A stretch of DNA of 64,000 nucleotides, taken from the NCBI RefSeq assembly GCF_009914755.1, contig NC_060926.1, one strand, 5' to 3'. Shown here piece after piece: positions 39,060-52,539 of this stretch. Each line of letters starts with the position of its first letter. The first letter of the stretch is position 1. Position numbers and translations under genes: made by a program. This stretch comes from the human T2T-CHM13v2.0 reference genome, Homo sapiens. The notes under the pieces are model-generated. The model made no database searches and was not told the DNA's origin. It saw only the letters and a list, made by a program, of their open reading frames with translations.

Positions 39060-40479
39060 TTACTCCCTAATTATTTATATTGTGCTAAATAAAATTCCCA
39101 GTTCCAAAACCAAAATGTAATGACTGCACCATTTTTCACTTTTTCTAGATGTGGTCAGAGACTTTAAATGAGAGAAATGATACATGCATATACTTGGAGA
39201 GTAATAGGTATTGCTGAATAATATAAAGTTTGAGAATACACTTTTGCTTAAAACGTAAAATTGGTGATTTATATTATTTTATTTTTAAATGTAGAAATAG
39301 CTAAAGTATAAATTTTGTATAATGCAAGTGCTTTTCCTAGGTTTTAGTTTTGTTTTAATTTAGGAGTAAGGGTAAAGAAGCTATTTATAAATAGTACTAA
39401 GTCCGTGTTTTCTTTTCTCTAAATACATCTTGATGTGTTACGAAGATCAAATGTTCTGAAAAAGCAAATTTCCTCTAAACCTGAGTCCTCTCTTTCACTA
39501 GCAGAGAGAAAAAGTCTCTGCTAAAGTTACTGGATGAAAACAGAAACTGTATACTTGACTCTATTAAAGGAAAAAATAAAATGTTTTTTATAATATTAAG
39601 TCAACTTGAAATAAAAGAAAAAAGTTAGCTATTCAGGCCTGTCCCTAACATTTGTGGAAGTTCAGAAGTATTGCAAATCTAGACCCACATATTAATGACT
39701 ACATATTTATAAGACATCAATCAAGCTTAAGAACTGTTAAAGTGTATTGAAATTCCTACATTGACAACTTCATAACAACTTAAAAAATTAAATTGAAATC
39801 TGCATTCTTGGACTGCCAGGAGAGGTCCACAATGGAATGTGAGGATTGGAAAGAGGCCCCAGGTCATAGCCAATTTCATTCTCTTTCCACCCCTCTTTCC
39901 ATCTTGCTGGATGAGGGGTTTGTTACATCCAAGATACTGCAGCCTATTTGTCCAGCATCTCCTCATGAGACATCCCTTTGACCAAGGGTTGTACACACCA
40001 GTCCACCTTCAAAAAGGCTGGCGTAGGGAATGGCCTTGAATAGACCTTGAAAGCAATCTCAGGACCTTTTATTTCTCCTAAAGAGGAATCCAGAGTCTTG
40101 AGTATTGGTACATTGGCATAGCACATGGATGGGCAGGAGTCTTGTTTCACATGAGCACATTCACTTGTTTTGTGGACTCATCGCCACTTCCCCTTCTACT
40201 CTCCTTCCCAGCCCCCATGGGAGGAAGGTGAAAGTGGTTTGTGGTTCACTCTAAAGGGCTGGCCTAGAACCTGAGTTCCTCTTCCCTTTAGTCTAAGTTT
40301 AGCACTGCAACTATCTTGTTCCACTGTTCACATTTACCACGAAATGGGTCAAACATAAAAAGAGAGCCTAAAGACACTTTTAATACATATTCGTAAATGA
40401 AAGTTTATTAATAAAATTGAAGGAGATGTATCAACACATAGTCACTTCTTTTCTAGAAAACACTCCCTACTTTATAGAA

Positions 40480-41470
40480 TTGCTATGTGTATAGTTCCTC
40501 AGTAAGTGCTATGTGTGAAAAGAAGATGTAGAATACAGATCTTTTATCTTCAGGTCACTTAATATCCAAGTCTGAACATAAGAAACATAAACACAAAAAA
40601 GCAACTTTCAGAAAAGTGCTATGCAATATATATTGGGGATCTTCTAAGGAGGGAGATGCCATCGTGGACTATGATGATCAAAGAAAGGTTAATAGAGCTT
40701 CTATTATGTGATACTCTTCAATAATATGGGGAAGAGGAAAAATGCATTATGGATTATTCAAAAGACAAGTGCAAATTTGGTGATAAGCATAGAAAACATA
40801 TTCAGAAGTATAGAATGCATACATTAGACAGAATAATGTGATTGTTTCAGAATATTTGAATATACAATTAGAAGTAAATGTTGGGACAAATTATGAAGGA
40901 TTTAGAATATTAGATGTGAGAATTTGAACTTTATTCATAAATAATCAAAAAAAGAAAATGATTGTAAATTGCTCAAAAAAGGGCTATCCATCAAAAGGAG
41001 AGTCAGGGAATAACATGTATTTTGTGCATTCAAAAAAAAAATCAAAAGACTGTCTTCCACTTTCACCTTTTAAGTGTAAGGGTCACAGAAGGTAAAGAAA
41101 GTAGAAATAAATTTGAGAAATCATTGAAAAAAAGAATTTAAGTATATGAGTAGGCATAGACAAACCAAGGTAATGACAATGTCTGTGACCACAAATTTTT
41201 GATCAGTTTGACAATAGTACCTTTAACATAAATAGGAGAAACTTGAGTCAGGAACTTTGTCCTTTACTCATAGCACCTGGCATAAGAGCTGGAGCCAGTT
41301 TTATGTTTTTGCTACTTTTTGTTTGTTTTCTTTATACATAAAACAAAGTAAAAATGAAAATGGCCAGAAAAAAGTTGGAAATTTGAGACTGGAGCTCAGG
41401 ATAGGTATTATGATGTATTTTTAGTATACTCATTTACATAGAGATGATGGTTTACACTGTTTTGAGAGAA
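40480..41470 (-). mobile_element. Degenerate L2 fragments
   Basis: Purine-rich L2-like motifs (gaatttgaactttattc, gagactggagctcaggataggt). Confidence 0.4.
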
Positions 41471-42419
41471 AGTAATGGTTTAGATGGAAAGTTAAAAATC
41501 AAGAAAAGAAATAAAGCATTAGACAGAAACAAAAATATTCAGGATAGGTTCATGTTATAAAAGCCTTAAAAGGACAGGTTGATAGATTTTAAAAATATTA
41601 CAGTAAATAATAATGTTAGAAAGAAATTGATTACAAATTTCTCTCACCAAACATGCTATCACAATCAGATTACCTCAAACCAGAATGTAATCAAAACCAT
41701 TGCCTCTTTCTCTAACAACAAAGATTACTATTTACTACTGCTATCATTTTGATACCTTCAGGTCTATAGGAAAGGAATAAAACACCAAATGATTCTCAGC
41801 ACAAAAATGGATAATGAATATCCATTTATTGTTATTAAAATAATGGGCATGATTATGCTAATAGGTAATATTCTTTCTTTAGTATGAAATTGCATTGTAT
41901 TGTGTCTAAGAAAAAGTGTTGGTTGTTTTTGCAAAGTATAATTCAGGAGATTAATTGTATTCACCAATCCACAGATTTCACTAATGAGAAGTGAACTGGA
42001 ATTTGAAAGCACATACACTTTTCCCCTTAAACAATTGCCCACTCCATTTTGCAAGCTGAGAAATGGAGAAAGAGGGATATCAATCTAGGTAAAGTCTGAG
42101 GTGCTACTTGTATTTACAGGACTCAGGAATCAAAAATCTGTACTTCCTCCCATAAAAAGGGGTGTGATTTTTCCCTGTAGACAGTGAGTTAATGTGGCTG
42201 CCTTCAAAGGCAAACAGACTTCAATGTGACTAGAAGAAAAGGACAATGGAGTGTCCCCAAAAGAGAGGCATGTTTTTTAATGAATGAAAAACCAGAGATA
42301 CTTTACAAAATAATAGAATAACATGGCTTAGTTATTTTCATTACATTACAATACATTTAGTAGACTGTCCTGTCCTTCAGAAATAAGAGCCACAGTGAAA
42401 TGACAATAATACATAGTAA

Positions 42420-42660
42420 CCCTTTACTATGAGCCTAACACTAAAAATATTATTTTGTATTTATTGTTTTATTTAATTTTCACAAAAATATAATGCCTAT
42501 ACTACCAATACACACTTTTGCAGATGAGAAAATTGTATCAGAAGATGTAATGAAATTCTTCAACTTCACATACCTAATAACTGCTAAGATTGGCATTTGA
42601 ATATACTTTGTCTGATTTTAGAGATTGTGACCTTAACCACTATGTCATACTTACTTCCTG
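42420..42660 (-). mobile_element. MIR
   Basis: cacttttgcagatgagaaaattg...ggcatttgaa...ccttaaccactatg. Confidence 0.6.
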
Positions 42661-44030
42661 AAGTGTTACTGATTCACATAGACACACAAATCTGGGCTTG
42701 GCTAGGTTCCTTTTCCCAAAGAAAGAGATGGGAAAATCTACTCCTTAAATGGACTATCAAACCAAACTTTAGATATCTTAGTCACAGAATACTATAAGTT
42801 AGTATATTTTATTTCTTAGTAGATTATTAATGAAAAATTTTAGGAAGAAACTTAACAGGAAGCATAACAACACATTGTTACAATAGGGAGTTAGAGATGA
42901 AATATTTTTAATAAAGGAAGGACTATGTAATAGTAGCCATATCAAGGAGGTCTTTTGGAATGGACTAGCATGAGTCTGCATTAGTACAGGAGGAACCACA
43001 GAGGATTAACAGCTTAAAGCTGATAGAGAATATTTGATGCTAGAGATAAAAGGAATTGATTGAATTTAAAGTTCTAGTGGAAAAGTTAGTCTGGACAATG
43101 GGCACTGAAAATTCAAGAATGGGTGATTTCAAATGTAGGAAAATGTGAGCTAGGATGATTTATAGGTACATAAAGGAGCTCTTTATAGATGGTCACTGAT
43201 GGTTTCAATAAAGTAGAAGTGAGTTCATTTGTCAAGAATAAAGAAATTGGGACCATTGGGAGCTTAAGGTGGTTAGGCAAAGCTTGGCATAGATGCTGAC
43301 AGAAGTGTATCAGAAACGTAACAGGTCCAATCTTACTGATCTACCTTTATTGATTCATTTGTTTACTTGTTCATTCACTTTTTATTTAACAAAGAATTTA
43401 GTCATAACATTTTATATTATATTTATGTATATATTTAAATTATATTTATATTTATTTAGCTCCCCACCCCACAACAGGCCCCAGTGTGTGATGTTCCCCT
43501 GCCTGTGTCCATGTGTTCTCGTTTTTCAACTCCCACTTATGAGTGAGAACATGCGATATTTGTTTTTCTGTTCCTGTGTATTTTTGTTGAGAATGATGGT
43601 TTCCCACTTCATCTGTGTCCCCGTGAAGGACATGAACTAATCCTTTTTATGGCTGCATAGTATTCCATGGTGTATATGTTTCACATTTTCTTTATCCAGT
43701 CTGTCATTGATGAGCATTTTTGTTGGTCCCAAGTCTTTGCTATTGTGAATACTGCTTCAGTAAACATACATGTGCATGTGTCTTTATAGTAGAATGATTT
43801 ATAATCCTGTGGGTATATACCCAGTAAAGGGATTGCTGGGTCAAATGATATATCTGGTTCTAGAACCTTGAGGAATCACCACATTGTCTTCCACAGTGGT
43901 TGAACTAATATACATTCCCACCAACAGTGTAAAAGCATTCCTATTTCTCCACATCCTCTCCAGCATCTGTTGTTTCCTAACTTTTTAATGATATCCATTC
44001 TAACTGGCATAAGATGGCATCTCATTGTGG

Positions 44031-44366
44031 GTTTTTTTATTATACTTTAAGTTTTAGGGTATATGTGCACAACATGCAGGTTTGTTACATATGTATACAT
44101 GTGCCATATTGGTGTGCTGCGCCCATTAACTCATCATTTAACATTAGGTATATCTCCTAATGCTATCCCTCCTCCCTCCCCCCACCCCACAACAGGCCCC
44201 GGTGTGTGATGTTCCCCTTCCTGTGTCCATGTGTTCTCATTGTTCAATTCCCACCTATGAGTGAGAACATGCAGTGTTTGTTTTTTTGTCCTTGCGATAG
44301 TTTGCAGAGAATGATGGTTTCCAGCTTCATCCATGTCCCTACAAAAGACATGAATTCATCATTTTT
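44031..44366 (-). mobile_element. Younger 5'-truncated L1PA 3' end nested in the older L1
   Basis: ttttttattatactttaagttttagggta...; TSD ATCTCATTGTGG at 44019-44030 and 44367-44378. Confidence 0.92.
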
Positions 44367-45175
44367 ATCTCATTGTGGTTTTGATTTGCATTTCTGTAAA
44401 GCCCAGTGTTGAATTTTTTTTTCATGTGTTTTTTGGCCATATAAATGTCTTCTTTTGAGAAGTGTCTGTTCGTATGCTTCGCTCACTTTTTGATGGGATT
44501 GTTTGTTTTTTTTCTTCTTGTAAATTTAAGTTCCTTGTAGATTCTGGATATTAGCCCTTTGTCAGATGGGTAGATTGCAAAACTTTTCTCCCATTCTTTA
44601 GGTTGCCTGTTCACTCTGATGATAGTTTCTTTTGCTGTGCAGAAGCTTTTTAGTTTAATCAGATCTCATTTGTCAATTTTGGTTGTTATTGCTTTTGGTG
44701 TTTTAATCATGAAGTCTTTGCCCGTGTCTATGTCCTGAATGGTATTGACTAGGCTTTCTTCTAGGGTTTTAATGTTTTAGGTCTTATGTTTAGGTCTTCA
44801 GTGCAGCTTGAGTCAATTTTTGTATAAGGTGTTAAGGAAGGGGTCCAGTTTCAGTTTTCTGTATATGGCTAGCTAGTTTCCCAGCACCATTTGTTAAATA
44901 GGGAATACTTTTCCCATTACTTGTTTTTGTCAGGTTTGTCAAAGATCAGATGGTTGTAGATGTGTGGCATTATTTCTGAGGCTTCTGTTCTGTTCCATTG
45001 GTCTATATATCCGTTTTGGTACCAGTACCATGCTGTTTTGGTTACTGTAGCCTTGCAGGGGTTGCAAACCTAGTATCTGATAAAACAGACTTTAAAGCAA
45101 CAAAGATCAAAAAAGACAAAGAAGGGCATTACATAATGGTCAATGGATGAATGCAACAAGGAGTGCCAATGATTT

Positions 45176-45295
45176 TATATATATATATATATATGTGTAT
45201 ATATATATATATATATATGTGTATATATATATATATATGTGTGTATATATATATATATGTGTATATATATATATATATGTGTATATATATATATA

Positions 45296-45330
<35 letters not shown>

Positions 45331-45346
45331 GTGTATATATATATAT
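45176..45346. repeat. (TA)n/(TATG) microsatellite expanded inside L1 ORF2
   Basis: ~170 bp of TA with GTGT interruptions. Confidence 0.95.
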
Positions 45347-46741
45347 ACCCAATATAGGAGCACCCAGATTGATAAAGCAAATTCTTAGAGACCTACAAAG
45401 AGACTTAGACTCCCACACAATAATAGTGGGAGACTTTAACACCCCACTGTCAATATTAGACAAATCAAGAAGACAGAAAATTAACAAGGATATTTAGGAC
45501 TTGAACTCAGCTCTGGACCAAGCATACCTAGTAGACATTTACAGAACTCTCCACCCCAAATTGACAGAATATGCATTCTTCTCAGTACCACATCACACTT
45601 ACTCTAAAATTGACCACATAATTGGAAGTAAAACACTCCTCAGCAAATGCAAAAGAATGGAAATAATAACAGTCTCTCAGACCACAGTGCAATCAAATTA
45701 GAACTCAGGATTAAGAAACTCACTCAAAACCGCACAATTACATGGAAACTGAACAAGCTGCTCCTGAGTGACTACTGGGTAAATAATGAAATTAAGGCAG
45801 AAAGAAATAAGATCTTTGAAAACAGTGAGAACAAAGACACAACATACCAGAATCTCTGGGACACAGCTAAAGCAATGTTTAGAGGGAAATTTATAGCACT
45901 AAGTGTCCACAGGAGAAAGCAGGAAAGATCTAAAGTTGACACCCTAACATCACAATTAAAATAACTAGAGAAGTAAGAGCAAACAAATTCAAAAGCTAGC
46001 AGAAGACAAGAAACAACTAAAATCAGAGCAGAACTGAAGGAGATAGAGACATGAAAAGTCCTTCAAAAAAATCAATGAATCCAGGAGGGGTTTTTTTGAA
46101 AAGATCAACAAAATAGACCACTACCCAGACTAATAAAGAAGAAAAGAGAGAAGACTCAAATAGACACAATAAAAAATGATAAAGGGGATATCGCTACTGA
46201 TCCCCCAGAAATACAAACTACTATCAGAGAATACTATAAAAACCTCTACACAAATAAACTAGAAAATCTAGAAAAAATTTATAAATTCCTGGACACATCC
46301 ACTCTCCCAAGACTAAACCAAGAAGAAGTCAAATCCCTGAATAGATCAATAACAAGTTCTGAAAATTGAGGCAGTAATTAATAGCCTACCAACCAAAAAA
46401 AAAGGCCCAGGACCAGACGGATTCACAGCCAAATTCTACCAGAGGTACAAAGAGGAACTGGTATCATTCCTTCTGAAATTATTCCAAACAATAGAAAAAG
46501 AGGTACTCCTCCCTAACTCATTTTATGTAGTCATCCTCTTTTTAAAGTACATTCTTATCATGATAAATAAAATAGGAATTTCTTGATTTATTTTATCTAA
46601 TTATTTTATCTTGCCCTAATCTCTAATCTCTATTTTTATTTCCTTCTGCTTCTCCCTCTTACTTCAATTGCATTCATGTGTTTGTGGTAGGCCCTTGAAT
46701 ATGCATTTTTGAAAACTGTAAAATTTTGTGGTTGTTTTTGA

Positions 46742-47171
<430 letters not shown>

Positions 47172-47662
47172 TGTATTCCATTTTCATAAACAATTGTGTG
47201 TGTGTATTACAGTGATAGATTCTTTGCCTCCTTCCAACTCCCTGCAACAACAAATGTCTCTAATGGATATCATATCCTTTCATGAGTTTAAACTTAAGTT
47301 GATTTGCCATGTGGATCAAGAGTAGGATTGCTGGTTCATAGGTTTGGATTTCATTTCACTCCACATTGCTCTCTGGATAGTTGCATCAGTCTGTACTCCC
47401 ATCAGCAGTACATGTGAAGTCTAGTTTTCTAAATTTAAAAAAAATTTGTTATTATTTGAACATTATTTTCCATCTCACTAATGAGCACTCCTCAAATTTA
47501 ACCCTTCTGCTGTTTATACCATATATTTAATCCTTCATTTCAACAGATATGTTTTCATACTGAAAAAATATTTTATGATTGCTAATTTCTTCTTCAGGTT
47601 TCAAATATTGTGCCTTATGTCTTTGAGAACATTTACTATACATATTTTTGGATTTATTTTAA

Positions 47663-47977
47663 CTTCTTTTTTTTCTTCAGAGACAGTGTCTTTCTCTGTT
47701 ACTCAGGCTGGAGCAAGTACAGTGGTGACAGCCTCCTAGCTAACTGCAGCCTTGACCTCCTGGGTTCAAGAGATTCTCCTGCCTCAGTCTCCTTGGTAAC
47801 TGGGACTACAAGTGCATGCCGCCACACCTAGCTATTTTTTTTAATTATTATTTATTTTGTAGAGACAGGGGCTCTCTTGGTTGCCCGAGCTGATCTCAAA
47901 CTCCTAGCTTCAAGCAATGCTCCTGTCTTGGACTCCCAAAGTGCTGGGATTACAGACGTAAACCAACACACATGGTC
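47663..47977 (-). mobile_element. AluJ
   Basis: actgcagccttgacctcctggg and ttttgtagagacaggg AluJ features; diverged. Confidence 0.88.
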
Positions 47978-50900
47978 ACATATTTTAAACTATTGTTAAT
48001 TTTTGTAAATCTGGTTGTCTTCGATATACATGTATTTTATTTTAGAGTCATTGAATTCCTTTGAGGCCTATTTTTTCCTAGTAAGATTTATTATGCTGAT
48101 TAAGAATACATGGCACTAAAATCAGGCTCAAGATTGACCCACCAGAAGTGTTTAGAATGAAGGACTCCTTAGGAAATAACTGGATTCTGCCACCCTTTGT
48201 TTGCCTTCCTCCTCCATAAAAGTTGGTGTATTCATGTGTCCTGGGTGGTGCTGTTTACCAAGACTGGTCTCCCTCAGTTTTAATCACCATCCTAACACTC
48301 ATTGTATGGAGTAGCTGGGTTAGAGGAGAATGCCTAGGGTTCAGATGGTCTTTCTGCATTTGTCACTATTTCCTCATTTTCCAAGCTAGGTTGAGTCATA
48401 TTCTGCCTGGCCGACTCCAAAATGACTTTAAAGGAGTTAGCAGTGGTCTCTTTTCAACTCTAGTTTTGCTAGAATGGGAGCTCCATTTGGTCAAGGTTTT
48501 GTCTTTCTGGCTCTGTAGTGTATTCTCACTATTTAGAAGAGTGCCTTGCACACTGTGGGTATTCTAACTATTGAAAGAGCAGAAAAAAATACAGGAATGC
48601 AATGAAAAGAAATGATGACCACTAAAAACTTCCGCCCCAGCATATTCTGGTTTCCTTACACTCAGTTTTCTGCTCTTTGCTGTCATTTTTTTCTCTACTC
48701 GCAGACTTTACTGTAGTTTGTAACTGCCAGGGTTTCTCACATCTTTTAGTATTAGATGCTGATTTCTGTGTCATTTCCAGGGTTGTGGTCACAGAAAGAA
48801 GCCCACATCATGTTAGTTCTCCATCTTACCAGATAAAGCTTAGCTTAATGTACTTCTATGCCAATTTCTTTGAATAACTAAACTTTCAATAATTTAATCA
48901 ATCACTGATTAATCCAAGATTTGTCTCAGATGGGGCACAACTTCCACAACCTAATGTAGCTTCCACAACCTAATTTTTAATCCCCAAAAATGAAATTTAC
49001 CGATTATTTTGTTAAATCATACAAATATAAAAATTCTGAACAGTGAAATAAAGAAAGTATCTCAAAAGTAAGAGTACTCTTGGACAACAATAGCTAAAAA
49101 AGTGTAACAAATGTGAAAATATGCAGGCTCTGTCTCTGACCTTTAATCATTCTATACTTCTGGGGAGCAGTTATTCTGAGACTCAGTTTTTACAGAAGTA
49201 AAACGGGAACAAAAACAGTTCCTCTGCCTGGCTCATAGAATTTCTGTGAGAATAAAAGACAATTAATCTTTCTAAAGATATATTACATATATTGTAAAGT
49301 ACCACAATTATAAATACAGGAGAATACTTGCTTCTCTTTGTATCCATTTTTCTGTTTCCAATGCTTGTTTGGTTTTTAAAATTTAATAGTATTTTCCTGC
49401 TACTCAATGTTTGACTACTGAAATTCTTATATAAATGTTTTCTGCAAAAAAATTTTATGGACATAGAATAATAATTGTATGTGCTCAGTTGCTTGATTAA
49501 AATACTTTATTGTGATTATTTTGTAAAGAAAGGAATTGCACTATAATTTTGATTTTGTGCAAATTATAATAATTAAATATTTAGACTAAAAAAGATAATG
49601 CAAGAAGGCTAAGTTGTATTGTCATATTGTTAAGATTACTTTTTATTTATTGTTCCTAATCAGAAGTGAACCATTATCTATGTAAAAATAATTTAATTCA
49701 GAAAATTTTGGTCTGAAATTTACATAATGCCATCATTATCCTTTTTATGTTCTGGAAAATTTATTCTAAATTACCTAGAAAAAAAGGTTGATTCTATAGT
49801 GTTATTTTTTATTCTCTATATCTCAGGTAAGAATAAAGGGAAACGAGTAAGTAAAGGAAAAACAAAGACGAAAAAGGAAATTGTACTCAAGTCACATAGA
49901 CACTGAAGTCTCAGATGTATGTGAAACTTTCTGTTTGGTAGAGGATATAGAAAAGAGAAAGGGATATCGAATTTCTGACAACCTACGTGCTTAGTGCTTT
50001 GTCTACCAATGTGATGTGGACATATTTATTTTTTCCTTGTGCTTTCTGCATTGAGACAAGTACATTATAAGCTTATCATACAAATGATTCAAAAAAAAAT
50101 ACCCGCCATTTATTTTCTATTAGTTCTTTTTCTCCCGAGGTTACTGCCGTACAAGGAGCTATTTTAACCTCCTCCTGTCTTTGCCAGTGAGAACATCTTG
50201 ACATGACTCCAATTCCAATTCTGATGTACTGGAAGAATAAAAACACATTTATTTTAAAAATCTAAAGCATGCTAATGATGCCATAGAAAGACATCTTGCT
50301 TAAGATAAGCCCATTAATTTTACCTTTGTAAATATGTTTCAGCATGACTGTGTGATTAAGGCTTCATTCTGTGCAGACTACAACTGTAGCAACGGCAGCA
50401 GCCAAGAAAAAGTAGCAAAATATTTTTAAAAACAGAAGCAAACAGCAAGGCTTTCACAATCCATTGTTTAAATTCATCTTTCATATCTTGTTTTGTTACG
50501 TTTTTCTCTCTTACTTTATGTGTATAATGAAATACCATTATCACTGTCATCATCGCCAGATTAAAGCTTCGAGAAAGAAAGCCTATCCTAGAATTGATTT
50601 TTAGGCCATTTTACTTGAGATGATCGACAACAAGAGGATTTTCATTTGCTTTGTCAGTGTAAGCTGGCTGCTGTGCATCTGCAGTGAAGGCAGCACAGGT
50701 CTCTGTTTGCATTCTGCGGTTTGTTAGCATCAATGACCTGTCACAGAAAGGCTCTGCAGCACAATATTTACACAGATCATTAGCAGAGCAGACCCTGCTT
50801 GCCAGATCGCTAATCAGTTTTGTGACTGCCCCAGTTTCATCAAGACTATAAATAAAATAAGCCATCGGAAAAAGCCCCAAAATGGGCATTGTCGGAGCTG

Positions 50901-52539
50901 GTGACACTTCTGGCAGCTCTAGGCATATAAATCCTCTGATGATAATGCAGTGGTAGTGACAAATAAAAGACTGCATTTAAACTATGAGTCTGAAAATAAG
51001 TGTGTGTGTTACTGCAAGAGGACTTTCTTTTCTTTATACTCTGTCGATTTCAGCTTACTCTAGCCCTATGGTGTAAACAAGCTAGCAATAGTCAAGTAGG
51101 ATTTGCTTTTTTCTCCTTTCACTCAGGATTGAAATTTGCTTACTGCAGTTTGCGATGTAGAGTCCATGACATGTGAACCCATGGTGAAAAGCCACAAAAG
51201 AAGGGGAATTCGTAAGTGAGAGGACACGCTGGACTTACAGGCCTGTCTGACCTCCGTTGAAAATATTACTCACAGAATCAGTAGCATTCAAAATGCTGAC
51301 AGAAAGATTGTAAGAGGTCAGCAAAGGGTGAACCTGTATGAGAGCCTTGGGACCAACCTTTAAGAGTTATGATAAGCTATTAGCTGTATGGTGGTCACAA
51401 TTGAAATGCAAATGTTCATTTGTTTCTCTTTTTTTGATTTTTTGATATGTGCCCAAATCAATAGTGATTACTTTCTCCTCTGTTGTAGAAAAAAAGTATA
51501 TAAAAGACTCAGAAGAGTCAAGCCCTGGGATGTTTTAATAAGCAGTTGACATTGAATAAAAACATTATTTGCAAAGAGAGTTTATTAAAGTCTTTCAGCT
51601 TTGCTCCCTCTGTCTCCTTTGTCACTTGACTCTTACTGAGAACCACAAGGCCATCTACTAAAGATTACATGGTAATCATTAGTAGACAGATGCAATTTTG
51701 TCTACCATGTAATCTTTACTTTCTGTTCCAGGAAAATATGAGTATTTTTAAAGTTAGTGGAAATTTACAGATTTTCTATACACAGGGCATTGGCAGGCCA
51801 GAGAAACGCTAATTAATTCACATCATAAATGTTTATTGTGCAGCTACTATGTGTACTGGATAGAAAGTAGTATCTGACAGACATGTTCCTTGCCCTCTGA
51901 AACTCAGTTTAGAAGAGAATACAGGTTCAAATATAATGAACATTTGTTTTATTTTATATTACGTAATATCTTTTTTTGTTGTTGTTTCTATCTTCATTTT
52001 CACCAGGGGAAGGGAATTTGTGTCTATTGGAACTCTTTTCCTATATTCATTTTAGGATTGCCATACCTCTGGTTTCCCAGGTATAGTTCATCAAAACTAG
52101 GGACAGATCTAGTCCTTATTGGAACTGCAACTTATAAAATCTGGAGTTCCTCTTTGGGAAAAAGGATATGCAGCCCTAGAAAATGAAAGAATCCAACTTT
52201 AAATAATCATCTAAAATTTTTGAAGAAAATGAACTTAGTAAGGTATATTTTTACTTTTTTTCTGAGTGAAAGATACCTTTTGTATCATACCAATTCCCAA
52301 TAAGTTTCGTCCTTTTGTCTGGGTTATTTTCAGTTTTCAGTAAAATAAACCTGTGTACACCACAACCTCTAAGTACTTCCTTATGTACTTCCATAAATAG
52401 TACTTCTAAGTACTTCCATAAATTTAAACCTTATGGTTTAAATTTGGTATGAAAGAGGAAGCTTCTAAAAGTGTTTTCTATCTGCATGATGATTTATAGG
52501 CAAACATACTGGCACATATAGTTACATTAAAACTTAGGT

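Larger units (their letters stand above)
43410..46527. mobile_element. 5'-inverted L1PA: - strand 3' part (43410-45055) joined to + strand ORF2 EN/Z segment (45055-46527)
   Basis: - strand 3' UTR and ORF2 C-terminal sequence up to gttactgtagccttg, then + strand gcaggggg-ttgcaaacctag ORF2 ([35 protein letters not shown]) to ctccctaactcattttatg. Confidence 0.92.

Noticed and set aside
45129-45497. Tyr/Ile-rich ORFs (also 23346-23707)
   Set aside because: They are translations of (TA)n microsatellites.
50611-50976. 121-aa - strand ORF in unique sequence
   Set aside because: It has no recognisable protein similarity or gene context. The region was kept only as a candidate non-coding element.
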